Assembly: GCF_964204645.1 (NCBI RefSeq)
Contig: NC_134032.1
Span: 10,714,275-10,778,274 of the forward strand
Direction: 5' to 3'
Source of the DNA: Tubulanus polymorphus
Lineage: Eukaryota > Animalia > Nemertea
DNA length: 64,000 bases
The notes under the pieces are model-generated. The model was not told where the DNA came from, made no database searches, and worked only from the letters and a program-made list of their open reading frames with translations. A program made the translations under genes and the position numbers. Positions 50,241 to 62,580 of this stretch are shown piece by piece. Numbering within the stretch: the first letter of the stretch is position 1; each line of letters opens with the position of its first letter.

Positions 50241-52545
50241 GGCCTTATCACGAGTTATCGGCATTTCAGCGCTAAATAGAATTTTACTTTGAAATTTTTC
50301 CCCGGCCTTACCACCGGGAGTTCTTTGAAAGAACGGTTATTTTAGCGCCAATTCTGGTGGGAATTCTACCCAGTTCTCAAGTTCTACAATAGAATTGCCT
50401 TCGTCATAATACCGCGGCAGTACACACCTGAATTCATGTTCGATGAAGTGGAAAATCTACAGACGAAATAATGTCATTATGCTTAATGCAAAAATAATCA
50501 TCATTAAATTTAGGTACTGCATCAATCTGCAGCCAGATCCAGCATCCTCTCGAACACAATCGAAAGGATGCTTTGACAACATCTTTCTAATATTTCGATC
50601 GCGCCCCGCCTTCACAGAGGAGCTTCAAATATGTCGCCAGCAAGAAAGACGCGGGGTTACAGATTACAAATTACATGAAAATCATTTAGTTCATATATAA
50701 GACGGTGTCCACTTTGATGTCACCTTATGTGGGATACCTTCGTGGACTTCACCCCCCCCCCCCCCGACATTTCTTTTCGAAAATAAACTAAAATTCTCGA
50801 CCTTAAATAAATGATTTATCATTTCCCTTTCAATAAGACTTCACGATGGGTTCAGTATTTCTGCCAAGAAATTTTCGATCGAACATGAACTACGAACGCC
50901 AGGCGCGGGCATTCGTGTTCACTTTTCGTCCGTTCGTTCGTCTGCCCATAGACGGAATCCATTATTCTGGGGGAAGCTTTGAAGAAGCTTCGATGGATTG
51001 TCTAGATACTTGTTTTAAACATCTTATCAGTAGCACACTCCCCATATCAGCGCACTCCCATGTTATCGCCCAATGCTTCACTCACCCTCGGGTTGGCCTA
51101 CAGAGCGGAGTTCTCCGACCCTCTCGCTTCAGTATCATCCTGTAGTACAGAAAGGTCAAGATATGAAAATCGTTTAAGAATATGTGAATTACTGAAAGAA
51201 ATGTTTCGGGAGCGGCATCAATTCAGGCATTCACTCGAGACATTTCGATGTTGACAATATGGACAATAAACTACAAACATTTGCCACATTTCATTTGTAG
51301 GTTGTTACTTAAATACATTCATAGGTATTATTTCAATTATGCTACGTGTAAATGCTACCCTAAATATCACACGATACGAACTGTTAACTTAAGGTTTTTT
51401 CACACTAATCACACCGGTGATGTCGTCTGCGATTGTGATCACAGTCTAAGTACACGATATCATGTCGCGCGGTGCGATTAAAGGTTTTACACGCATTACG
51501 CAAATCTTATTTTAATGACATTTCTCATTCACAAAACCTGCCCTACCGGGACAATGATGCAATGTCAGCGTTTGTTTATTTTTGTTATTAATTGTTTATC
51601 TTGACAATGCCACCGACGTTTTTATTTAAATTTTTTAATTTTCTTGTCTGGCAAAAATCCATATGGAATTGTTCCAAAATGACGAAATTGAAGGCTGTTT
51701 AGTACAAATGTCACATAAAAGTGAACACTCTCCCCTCGGCGAGTGAACTCCTGCCCCCTCACAGCTACAGCATGTTCTCCGTGAGTCGGCCAGTCGTTGC
51801 GTTGGTGGTTGACAAAACTATTTGTGAAATTCTACTGAATTCATGGAGAGAAATTTAACAATCATTAGTTTAGTTGCCGATAGGTTGATCATCTGCTGCT
51901 GGTAACGCAATTAACGTAATTGACAGATCCAATGATAATCTTTGTGCTACCTACGAGCTGAGATGATTGTTAGTGGGTGCAAGTGGCCACTGACTTTTCT
52001 AGGATTTCTCAAGTCTAATTGGGCCTCAATTCAATCAGTTAGTTCTTTCTTTGCATTCCTTTCAGGTTCGACTGGTTTTGGCTGTTGCTAGCGTGTTACT
52101 GTTTCTCGAATCAACAAGTTCACGCCATTTGAGATCCAAACATGGGCATTTATTACGTCATCAAGAAGAGCTATGTTTCCACCCACCAGGCCTACGGGGC
52201 ACTAAATCCGGAGATAGAAAATTCCAATGTCCGCCTTACTACCCGTTCGACTTGGACACGGCCCCTCAAGACCAGCGGTCAATCTGCCAATCCTACTGCG
52301 TCAAGTCGATGAACGTCGAAGGCCGATACCCGAAAAAACTCACCGAATACAGATGTAAAGACTGTTCGAACCGATGCAGCGGAACTGAATGCGAGTGCGA
52401 AGAGGTCAAATACCCGGTACCAATCTGGACGGTGGTTCTTGATGAAAATCGTAATTTTGCTGGATATGAATTGAGTTATAGATCTGTATCGGTCGGCTGT
52501 ATGCCGGCGCGCCCGACTTTCAGTCGTTATTTCGACGACTATTAG
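49850..52545 (+). CDS. Interleukin-17 family cytokine, 2 exons, 164 aa
   Basis: Exon 1 49850-49864 (MMMLP|gtaagt) and exon 2 52066-52545 (ttcag|VRLVLAVASVLLFLESTSS..., completing a signal peptide). IL-17 signature RSIC...RYPKKLTEYRC..C...C...CEEVKYPVPIW...VSVGC. Confidence 0.85.
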
Positions 52546-53101
52546 ACAATACTTGTAAACAAAAACAGGCAATTCAATTTTTTTTTAAATTTTTTTGACG
52601 CCGTACAAACTGAAACAATCACGATGTTTATTACCTAGTATGCGCTAATTCAGAAGTTCGTGTGAGCCGATGTGCACTACGTCATCAATATTGATATGAT
52701 CATTTTCAGGAGAAAGTGGCCAATACGCCATCAATGCGATATATATTTGAAATCTAACAATCGACCCAGAATTTTTGAAAGTTTACTTTTGTGTACAATC
52801 TAAATCTAACTAAATTGAATATGAATATCGTTGTACAAAAAAATTATAGTTAATGGCGAGATATCTTATTAAAAAAAATCCGCACAGGTTGGATATATAG
52901 TCTGTATACGAATGTCGGTCTGCGTTTCACCTTGACTGTCATAATCTGCCTCTATGAACCATTAGTGGCGAATATATGTACTTAGAGACGAGATGACAAA
53001 AACAAAGCCACTTTTTCGTTAAGTTTTACGTTTATTGTTTCATTTCATATGACGTCGAATACGACATTTAGATGAACAGGGTTTCATTTGTATGATGTGA
53101 G

Positions 53102-54965
53102 TTACTTCCCGGGAACTGGGCACGGAGGCTTCGGCGGCATCGGAGGACATGTCAACGTGGCCGCGATCGTTTTCGCCAGAAAATGCTCGACGTTGACCCA
53201 ATCTTTAATTTCGAAGTAGTTTTCGTTCACCGGACGACTGACAACTTTCTTCAACTGCGCCCTGAATTCCGGCAGTTTTGCTCCGACCCCGACCCCGATG
53301 AGACGGGTGTTGGGGCTTCGTAGTTTCTTCGCCTGTTCGAGCAACAAGCCTTCTACGATATTAACCAACTGATCCCCTTTGAAAATTTCGCCGTCAGTTA
53401 TCAATACGACCGTGTTGTTTACGTCTGGGCGACTTTTCGGCAACATCTGAAAATGAATGAAAATATTGCACATTTAGTCAGGCGAGGGAATCTCGAGGAA
53501 GAATGGCGAAGCTAGTTCACACATCCACCATTCGGGGGCACCACGTGATGGTCAAGATCTTATTGAAATTAACCTACGTATCTCCTCCGACATGTACTAC
53601 CAGGGTTTGGTTGCATCACACGCCAACACAGGGCAAAGGCAACCAAACCCTGGCAAGCGAGGATGCCAGATCATGCGATAATAACTAAATTGTTTATTCA
53701 ATCATAGAATTGTGATAAAATGTACATTTATCAGTACTAAGGTCAGCGATGGACCTCAAGAAATTCAGCGAATTGAAATGGTTCTTTTTAGAAATGTCTG
53801 AATTAACTTCTTCTTCGGATTCTGATTGATAACTGATGAGTCTGACGTAACTCTGGTACTGAGGTAGCATGTGGGCTTAGGTGGTGGGCCATGATCAATA
53901 TTCACCTTTTCTCGGACATTCTTCAGCGCTGTATCTGTATGCGTCTGGCCGTGGTTAATGATTGCGGTGTCGATTTTAGTCACGATATTTTCGACGTCTT
54001 GTGTCGTTTGCAACTCGGTCATTTGTTGAACTATGAGCTGTTCATCAGCTCCCGAAAACATGTACACCCCCACCTGAACAAAAAAACAATTTACACTATT
54101 AATATGGAAATACCGTATGGATAAGATATTCTATCCACTATTTAGAACCCGTGTGAACAGGTTGTTTCGGGCCCAATTAAGCCCGGACCAACGCGGCTAT
54201 TCATGAATCATTACTATTCTATATTCGGCCATTTTTTCTTACATTGTAAATTGCCGGACTATTGCCAACGGGAAGCGCCAAGCCTTTGACGATGTCTTCC
54301 GCCGCTCTCCTTACAGTCGGTATGTGATTTGGCCCTTGGTTATTTATTCCGTTTTCCAAACTCCCGCTCTGGTCCAGCACGAGAACAACATCGTTCTGTC
54401 TCAAACACACTAGACATTTGATAAAATCGTTTGACTATTCTAAAACTTGAAAAATTCAATAGATTGGCGATGTATTAATTAAGTTCTGGCTAAGCTTACT
54501 AATATGTACTGCTTTAGAAAACAAGAACAGGTTGGTATCAATTAAGTAAAGCATTGATACCTATCATTATATCTTATCAACCTCTAGATAACATTCAACC
54601 TTTTTCCAATGGGCCTTTATGGCACTGTTCAGGCCCCTATCATCAATCTACTAATTCTGTCATGTACCGCAATGTTGTATTATATCTAACGGGGTAATAA
54701 TGATGAAATAAGTATATTAATTCATTCCCTTTTGAACGACATAATAATTCAATAAGTATTCATAGCACTGAACGCCTTGTTAGTACATAAGTTTGGAGCC
54801 TTGTTTTACCATGACCGGGAAAAGTATAGAAGCTAACACTGCTTACAAAAATAAACAAGTTCTACCTGGTACTGAGTCTGATAAGACGGGAGGTTCCATC
54901 ATTGCTGCTACCGGCCCGAACACGAACGCGACTCCCAATAGCATCCCGTAGAAGATTACAGTCAT
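53102..54965 (-). CDS. Secreted single von Willebrand factor A (VWA) domain protein, 4 coding exons, 259 aa
   Basis: Exons 54965-54866 (signal peptide), 54409-54243, 54073-53906, 53446-53102; phase-consistent, 780 nt. Complete MIDAS: DVVLVLDQSGS, GQTHT, VLITDG. AATAAA at 53036-53031, 5' UTR donor at 55184, TATAAATA at about 55266-55259. Confidence 0.88.
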
Positions 54966-55141
54966 TTTCAGCTGAATGTGAAATAATATTAATAGAAATA
55001 AATTGAATAAAACAAGTTTCAGAAGAAAATAGCGTGAATACCTCAACCGCCCGACTGCAACACCACCTTTTAGGAAAGACCTGCAGACGTAGATAATTTG
55101 CTGCTTCAAATAAGACGCAGGGAATTATGATAAGGTTAACG

Positions 55142-55169
55142 CTTGGAGTAATCAATTGATTACTCCAAG
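55142..55169. mobile_element. 28-bp perfect palindrome flanked by a 7-bp direct repeat (gttaacg)
   Basis: gttaacg|cttggagtaatcaattgattactccaag|gttaacg. Confidence 0.75.
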
Positions 55170-55861
55170 GTTAACGCTACTTACCTTTGATTTACAGCAC
55201 AAATACAGGCTTTGTTACTAAAACAATAGTTGATGCCTGGACCGGGGAAATATGGTGTTATTTATACCAAACGAATAGCTGCCGGGTGTTTTTCGATTGG
55301 TTTCTGATGGCTCAACGTGAGATCAGGTTTTCAATTTCTTCCCCGCTAAAAATTCACGTAAATATTTTCGAAATATATCTTAAATATTCCTTTCAAATTT
55401 ATTTTTCGCAAAGCCCATAGACCGAGCTATCACTAATACATATATAACCCTAACCCACAGCAAGACGGTTCACCCGAAACATGAAACAGAAACGCAGGGT
55501 TGTTTCGTCTGTTCGTGCTTCGGAGCAACGCGCGCAAAAAGCCAAAAAATCGTCTTTTATGTTTCGCGTTAGTGTTAGTAATTATTCGAAACATTTTGAC
55601 AAATACCACCCCGTGTGTGTAAAAGCGAGCATACCGCTGTAGTATGTCTACGCCGCGATGCGGTGTATCGTTAGTTACTAATATTCACCGTTTGACAGGT
55701 GCTGCCATCTTTCATTCGAGAAAGAACATAATACAGCCGAAAAGCAGCAATAACGGGTTCTCTTGTTCTTATTCTTCTTTGGATACTGTGTCGTACAGTG
55801 TCGACCACGATCGCGTGTATACTGACACAGCCGCACCATGCTATTGAAAATGAAGGGAACT

Positions 55862-56079
55862 TAGGCTAAAAAAATGGATACCTTGTTTCTACGCTCTGCT
55901 GAGCTTTACACGTGACCTAGCCGGCCGGATCCCTACATTATTTCTTGTTTAAATCGTGATCAATTTTACCATAACAGACCCGGCCGCTATAGAGAAATGA
56001 ACTGTTTACAAATTTTATTATATTTTCCAAAAATGACCCAGCCGCTGCGGAGAAACAAGGTATCATTTTTGTTTAGCCT
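55862..56079. mobile_element. MITE with ~33-bp imperfect TIRs
   Basis: taggctaaaaaaatggataccttgtttctacgc ... gcggagaaacaaggtatcatttttgtttagcct. Confidence 0.7.
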
Positions 56080-56129
56080 TAGAATCCCCTGGTTCAACGT
56101 TCCACACGGTTTTAAAAATGGGAAGGTCT

Positions 56130-56975
56130 ACAAGCAGTCAATTAGGCCTACTTGAAACCATGGATAACTGGCCCAGACAATCCTAGATAATCGACCGATA
56201 CGTCTATAGTTCTTTTTATTTCAATAAAGCATTTGAAAAGGTACTATATCAGCGATTACTAAACAAGCTATTTGGAAACGGTATTGTTGTGGGGTTGCTT
56301 AGTTTCTCCAACAATGTTGTGGGGTTGAGTTTCTCAACCAATTGTTGTGGGGGCCACGTTGCGTTCTCCCCTCGTGTTGTCGTTGTTGGTTCCGATAAAT
56401 CCTATAAGTGATATCCCTCTGACTCCGGAATAATAACAACTCTTCTCTTAGGTCTACGTTCTTTCTTTATTTTCCCGCACAATTCTTATTCCTTCCTACA
56501 GCTCGTATTTTTAGGCTTCTCCGCCACTCTAGCATCTCTCTCCCCCTTACTGTGCTGACCCTCCCTTTTTATCTTATTTCATGTTACTCGTGAAGTATAC
56601 TTCTACATATGTTATACGTCACGAGTTTATTATACTTGTTTACTTCCTAGCCATACCAGAGCTCAAGGCTGCCGCTATAACCAGCAACCCTACGCAGATA
56701 CTCACGTCACTTTCACCTATCTTCTATTCAGTGTCTTGTGTGCGACGTAAGCATCTACGTAGGTTGTTTACTAACTTCAGCCACTGCCCTGAACTCTGGC
56801 TTCCCTCCCTCTATGCAAACTACTAATTTATCACCCCAATAGTATCATTGATGGGCTGCTTAGATGGACCAACAGTTTTCTCCGATCGAAAACAGGCGGT
56901 CAACATCAACAGAACTGTCTCGTCTTGGGTAGGCTTAACTAGTGGAGTAACGCAAGGTAGTATCCTAGGTCGTCT
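56130..56975 (+). mobile_element. Degraded non-LTR retrotransposon (CR1/L2-type LINE) reverse-transcriptase fragments, split by an insertion
   Basis: FNKAFEKVLYQRLLNKLFGNGI (about 56220-56285) and FSDRKQAVNINRTVSSWVGLTSGVTQGSILG (about 56878-56970) match RT motifs DFSKAFDKV.H..LL.KL and SGVPQGSVLG. Confidence 0.8.
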
Positions 56976-57691
56976 CATAACATCAGTACCACTGCAACGC
57001 TGTGTATGTCCCTCGACGATTTACACCGCACTGAAAGGGTTAAACATGAACCAACACTATAAAGCTTTCTTCGGAATCCTTTTAAATTTCTCGGCTTTCA
57101 TTGAAAAATATATATACGCCGGAAGCATTCATTCCCTATGGGAAGGGTGATTTTCTTAGAGTTTGAAGGCCTGGGTTGGTCACAGTTTTAAGTTAACGCA
57201 TCGAAGCAGGAGTTGATACAGTGGCAATCGTAGTGGTTGTAGTAAATCAACCGTCACTACGTCAATATTTGCTGGTTCATGTTATTTAGATTTCTTCGGA
57301 TTCAGAAGCCAAAACATCGAGTTCGAAAATTAATTTGAAATGCACTGATTTGGACGATGGTGGAGTAACAAGTCTTGTGGTTCCCCTTTATTGTAACACA
57401 TGGCCCAATTGCTTATTTTCACAGCAAATTATCGACTGGAATTGATCATAAAAAAAGAGTTACTGTAAACGAGAATTTTGAACCGTAGGGCACTCAACAG
57501 AAGTACCGGTACCGGCCGTGCGTTATCAGATACTTGGTTGACGTGGTGTTATGAAACAGGTGTTTTATATTTTATAGTCAAAATGAATGTACTATCGGTG
57601 AAATACTCTATGATCATAGACAATGTTCATTTAATAATCAAAAGCTTTTGGTGATAGATAATAATTTGAGGGTTTAGATGGTTTATTAGAT

Positions 57692-57717
57692 CAGGGAAGT
57701 GTGATCACACTTCCCTG
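57692..57717. mobile_element. 26-bp perfect palindrome flanked by a 7-bp direct repeat (attagat)
   Basis: attagat|cagggaagtgtgatcacacttccctg|attagat. Confidence 0.75.
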
Positions 57718-58680
57718 ATTAGATACAAGTCCCACAATCACGAAGCCGAAAACGTAAAATATCGTACGTCGAACGTAAAATATCGTACGTCGAAATTTAT
57801 CATCAAAATTTCCAGTTTTCAACTAACTGGTTTTTTTAGTTGAGGGTTTATTATCAATTTGGTCCAGTTTGGATTACGTCTTGGCGCTTCTCACATCTCT
57901 GCTCACACCCACTATGAATAATTAACCAGGTTAAAATCAAATACCGAATAGTTTACACCGAATATACCGAATACCGAACGAGGCTGACTTTCTGACGGAG
58001 TTGAAAAACGAAGTCCGAAATTGTTTCCTAGAGCTTGTAGATTATTCTACTCTACGTTTCCACGATAATCTAACAATCATCTTCAGTATTCGTGAAGATG
58101 AATATTAGAATAAAGTGGAAACGTCGAATAAACTACCATCTCTCGGAAACGATTTCGGACTTTGTTTTTTCGTCATCATCATTTGATTCTGTCCACATCA
58201 TCCTCACAATACGGATATAGTGTTTTATCATTGGTGATTAGCAATTTAATGCTCATGCTATGCACGATCATGCATAAAACTCAAAAGCTCTGGGCATTTT
58301 GTCAGCATGAGTGAAATTAAATTCATGCATACAAGTAAATGAAGTTATCATGACAATGTCGTGAGTGATCTTGATCTAATTTCCCAAAAAAACATGGGCA
58401 CAGTGGTACTTTCCAGTGACGGATCCAGGAATAGGGGGCCAAGTCCAAGCCTAGTTGTATACTTGGTACACGAAGTGCAGGAATATTTTGGAGGGGGAGG
58501 GCTTCAAGATTTTGAAAACATGCATCATTTTCTGGGCATCTAGAGTAATTCTAGAAAGAAATAACCAGCAATGATTTGCCACTGTATGTGGTACTTTCGT
58601 TAGCCAGGTTGTGAAAATGTAATTTTGGCAATATATACATTTCCTAGGATCCACCCCTGCTTTCTAAGACCATAATCTAC

Positions 58681-58848
58681 CTGTTCTCGGACATTCTTCA
58701 GCGCTGTATCTGTATCTGGCTGGCCGTGGTGAATTTTTGTATTTCGGATTTCATTTACGATATCTTTAGACGCTTGCATCGTTTGCAACTCGATCATTTG
58801 TTGAGCTATGAGCTGTTCAGCAACTCCCGAAAACATGTACACCCCGAC
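58681..58848 (-). pseudogene. Orphan duplicate of VWA-gene coding exon 3
   Basis: 168-nt open exon with intact AG and GT (VGVYMFSGVAEQLIAQQM...TDTALKNVREQ), paralogous to 54073-53906 including ~60-70 nt of upstream intron. No sister exons found nearby. Confidence 0.8.
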
Positions 58849-59929
58849 CTGAACAAAAAAACAACAATTTAGTACATTATTGATATGGAAATACCGTAAG
58901 AATATGATATTCTATACACTTCTACCTAAAAGATGATTTAGAAAAAAAATCTCAAATGCATTTATCGGTAAGCTTATATTCATTCAAAATTATTCAACAC
59001 GTCTCCAATTCATTGGCTTCATCCATGGAGCCTAACTCTTCTAAGTCTTCACTCCTCCTTCCAGTGCGCCCAACATATTTCTGTCTCCAACGCATCACTT
59101 CCGCCAACCGGAAACACGGGATGGGGATGCCTTCAGAGGGCCTAATCTCGCCAGCTCCACTTCCCTATTACATCCTGCTGAACGTAAGGAATGTAAAAAG
59201 ATGCAATATACACACAACAACAAAAACAATTTTCGTTAATTCAATTTTAACAATCTTTTTATTTGCGCTCATAAAATATACTGTCGAAATTGCACACGAT
59301 TTTCTATTTGTACGTTAAAACCTATCTATCTATATATCCATAATGTATATTTATATACATATATATTTATAATGTGTATTTACACCATAAACACTTTGTA
59401 TTACGTATAAAATAATGTAAATAGTGATCTACTTTTTTCTTAACCAAACGATGATTCAATAAGAAACACAAACCACAAAACGAGGAAGGGTCTTTCGTTT
59501 TATATAATAAAATCAGGGATTGCTTGATAAAATGAAAAAGATTTCTGGGCCTATTATTCAGAGTTTCTTGACTCCTCTTCAAACTCGAATACCTTCGAGT
59601 CAAATTATTGCTTAAAATTCCTTACAACCATCGTTGATAGGATTTTTACATTACATATCATCAAAAATTCATGAATTTTTTTTATATGAAATGTCATGAA
59701 AAAAAAACGTTCAGCAGTAAAATTTACGAATCCAATTGTCTCGACTAAGAAAACCAGAACCTAATTATATCAGAGTAAGTTATTCAAAAGTTTAAAAAAG
59801 ACGTATAGGCACAATGTTTGTGCTGTGAGAAAGTGAATTAAATGAAAGCGAATAAATTATTCAAAATTTGGAGTTCAGCCGATTCTGATATAGTTTTCAT
59901 GCCCGATATGTAAAGCCCAACAAACATAA

Positions 59930-60330
59930 CGCAGGGAAACAAAGGAATACAGAATCAAACATGTTTTATCTCTCGGAAACATCGTTCCCCAAAAAAATGT
60001 TTCTCGTTTCTCATAAATGCACACGAATAGGGAAACGCTCGGATACATGTTTCTGTCTCCATGTTTCCCTGCATCGTGTGCGTTGGGTTTCAGAAACAAT
60101 GAAAGGCTAACAACGTCTCTCGTAAACCCACACAAAGCAAGGATACGCTCGGAAACATGTTTTTCTCTTATGTTTCCATGTTTTCCTGCATCACATGCGT
60201 TTGGTTTTAGAGGCGAGAATAAAAGACTTCCAATGTCTCTCATAAACGGACACAAAGCAGTGAAACGCTCGGAAAAATGTTTCTGTCTCCTGTTTTTATG
60301 TTTCCCTACGTCGTGTGCTTTTGGCTTTCC
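59930..60330. repeat. ~110-120-bp degenerate tandem repeat downstream of the homeobox stop
   Basis: ctcggaaacatgttt...catgtttcc.tgcatc.tgtgcgtt recurs 3-4 times. Confidence 0.8.
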
Positions 60331-60353
60331 TCTCCCTTTGGAACCAGAAAAAT

Positions 60354-61374
60354 TTACATCGTCGGCCGCAGTTGTTCCGTTTCCTTTTTCCACTTCGAAC
60401 GTCTGTTCTGGAACCAAATTTTGATGACTTTCTCCGACAGGCCGAGTCGATTGACCAGTTCCTCGCGTCGACCGGCGTCGCCTAGATACATATTCATGCG
60501 GAACTCGTATTCGAGAGTTTGTATCTGGTAATTGCTAAAATTCGTACGCGGACTACGGAAACTATGACCGACGCCGACACCTGCGAAAGCGGCAGCGGGA
60601 CTGCTGAATGCCGCCGCGCCACCGACTCCTCCGGACGACTCAACTACAAAAAAGAAAATGTTACAATTAGTGGGAAATTTAGAGATATAACAAGGTGGTA
60701 GCCTGAGACTCAAGTGTCGCAGCTAAGTCAGATTTGGCATGAAGTTGATAAAGTTCATTATTTCCCCAGTCATTTAGCTTCGATCTGTTAAATTTCAACT
60801 CAAAACTGTAGAATTTGTTCCAATTTGCCGATTGCGCAGTCGAGACTTAAATCCAAACAGGATTAAAATTTTCTAGACTTGGTCTTGGCCAACCAGGCAA
60901 GGATATTTTCTTGCAGGGATCAGCACGGTGAAATTATAGTAGGATGGTTTACCCTCATCTATGCTATGACCTAAAAACATTTTTCGCTCAAATGCCAAGT
61001 ACTCTGCCAAGTGCTTTCAGGATTATACCCAACTAAGCACTAATCAGGGCCGGAATCCAAAATCTGTTCAAAAGTAAGTACTTTTTTCGGACTTTGTCAG
61101 ACTCGCTACGAACCCTGCTTACTCAATTCAATTTCTCAATCGAGTTAGACCCCAGGTTAAAGTTAATACCAGTCTATAAAACCGGACTTCCTAGATGATA
61201 TTTCAAACTAACCCGGTTCGGGAGAGTAGTCGTCGTCTTCGCCTTCAGGGTCATAGTTCGGGTCTTCCTCGTATTTTTTCTTCCTCTTATTACTGGCTTG
61301 TTGTTGTTGTTGTGTCGAAAACGGGCGACCACTGAACCGTCTCTCGTATCTATCGTAATGCTGATAAAAATCAC
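60354..61374 (-). CDS. Homeodomain-encoding 3' cassette (2 exons; 5' part of gene outside window)
   Basis: Exon 61374-61213 (162 nt, phase 1 to 1: DFYQHYDRYERRFSGRPFSTQQQQQASNKRKKKYEEDPNYDPEGEDDDYSPEP) joins exon 60643-60354 (phase 1: ...FRSPRTNFSNYQIQTLEYEFRMNMYLGDAGRREELVNRLGLSEKVIKIWFQNRRSKWKKE...*). Confidence 0.85.
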
Positions 61375-62134
61375 CTGCAATTTAAAATCACGTATTTTCT
61401 AAATCTGATGACTCTGCACAAGTACGCCAGGGGTTAGAACTCCAGAAAACTTTCATTTGTTCTCTCTAATTCGAACTTAGTTTAATTCGAAAGGGAAAAT
61501 ATGGACTGTTTTATAGGCGAGTTATGCCTTAAACCCAAGGGTTTATCTAATTGATTATGAATTGAATAAACCCCCCAGGTTAAAGGCTAAAATGGTCTGT
61601 AAAACCACACCAGCAAATTTCTATAAATAGCTTCATGGGATGGAGAGATCCATACCTCCTCCAGGCACTACCCAGAATGTCCATTTGCGCAACAATTGCT
61701 CATCATTTGGTCCATCTCTTGTGGAATTGAACCCATCCTCCTTACCCAAATCAAACTCATATAATCAGGTATCACTCAAACACAGAAAACACAATGGAAT
61801 AAGTCGAGGCAAACTTGATTTATTCAACTCAGAATCTGTACAGGTTCCTGAAGTTCATTGATCTAATGGAAGCTTCAAAGCGTTTATTAAAAGGGACTTG
61901 GTTGATAACATATCCATCGCAATATTGTACTATTGACTTGGTCATAATTGACCCATCACAGCAGTTGATGAGATAATTTTAGGATCTACGATTCCTTAGA
62001 CTTTTTTTTAGAAAAGCAGTATATTACAGTAGGTCAAAAATTATATCCAATCAAGTCATCAGACTGTCGGCGGCTGACAACTCCCACAGTCTGAAAGGTT
62101 GATGGCGATGTGACACTATGAACACACCCTCAGA

Positions 62135-62292
62135 GAGTCCATACATATCCTTGGAGACCCAATACATCCTCAAAGACTCCAAACACACCCTCAGAGAGTC
62201 CCAACACACCCCCAGAGAATCCCAACACATCCTTAGCGTCCCAATGCATCCTCAAAGACTCCACACACACCCTCAAAGAGTCCCGCCAACAC
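62135..62292. repeat. Degenerate ~21-bp tandem repeat (cacaccctcagagagtccc)
   Basis: About 7 copies directly after the zinc-finger stop codon. Confidence 0.75.
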
Positions 62293-62296
62293 ATCT

Positions 62297-62580
62297 TTAC
62301 AGTCCGAGATTCATAGTTTTCAGTTCGTCGAGAATCTGCGAATGGTTTCGTCTCATGTGAGCTTTAAGCGTATCGAGTCGCGTGTACTGAGTAGCGCAGA
62401 TCGCGCATTTGAACGCTTTACCCATCTGCACGTGTTGTACGAGCACGTGGCGTTTTAAATTGAAATTGTTCGCGCACACTTTATTGCACAGATGACACAC
62501 GAACTTATCCACTCCGCCGCCGCCGTTGTTGTCGTCATGGAAATGACCTTGAAGTGGAGCGAATGGATTAAGAAGGTCAC
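62297..62580 (-). CDS. Terminal exon encoding a C2H2 zinc-finger pair (alternative last exon)
   Basis: Acceptor cattccag| at 62580, phase 1, 284 nt to stop: FVCHLCNKVCANNFNLKRHVLVQH-VQMGKAFKCAICATQYTRLDTLKAHMRRNH. Confidence 0.85.

Noticed and set aside
58990-59180. Possible fourth minus-strand cassette (acceptor near 59175; one frame reads RQKYVGRTGRRS)
   Set aside because: The phase-1 frame stops after ~26 codons with no domain, and the GIY-YIG- or neuropeptide-like string needs a frameshift; too weak to call.
59875-60424. 180-aa and 135-aa ORFs overlapping the homeobox end
   Set aside because: Out of frame or antisense to the homeodomain and produced by a tandem repeat in the presumed 3' UTR.
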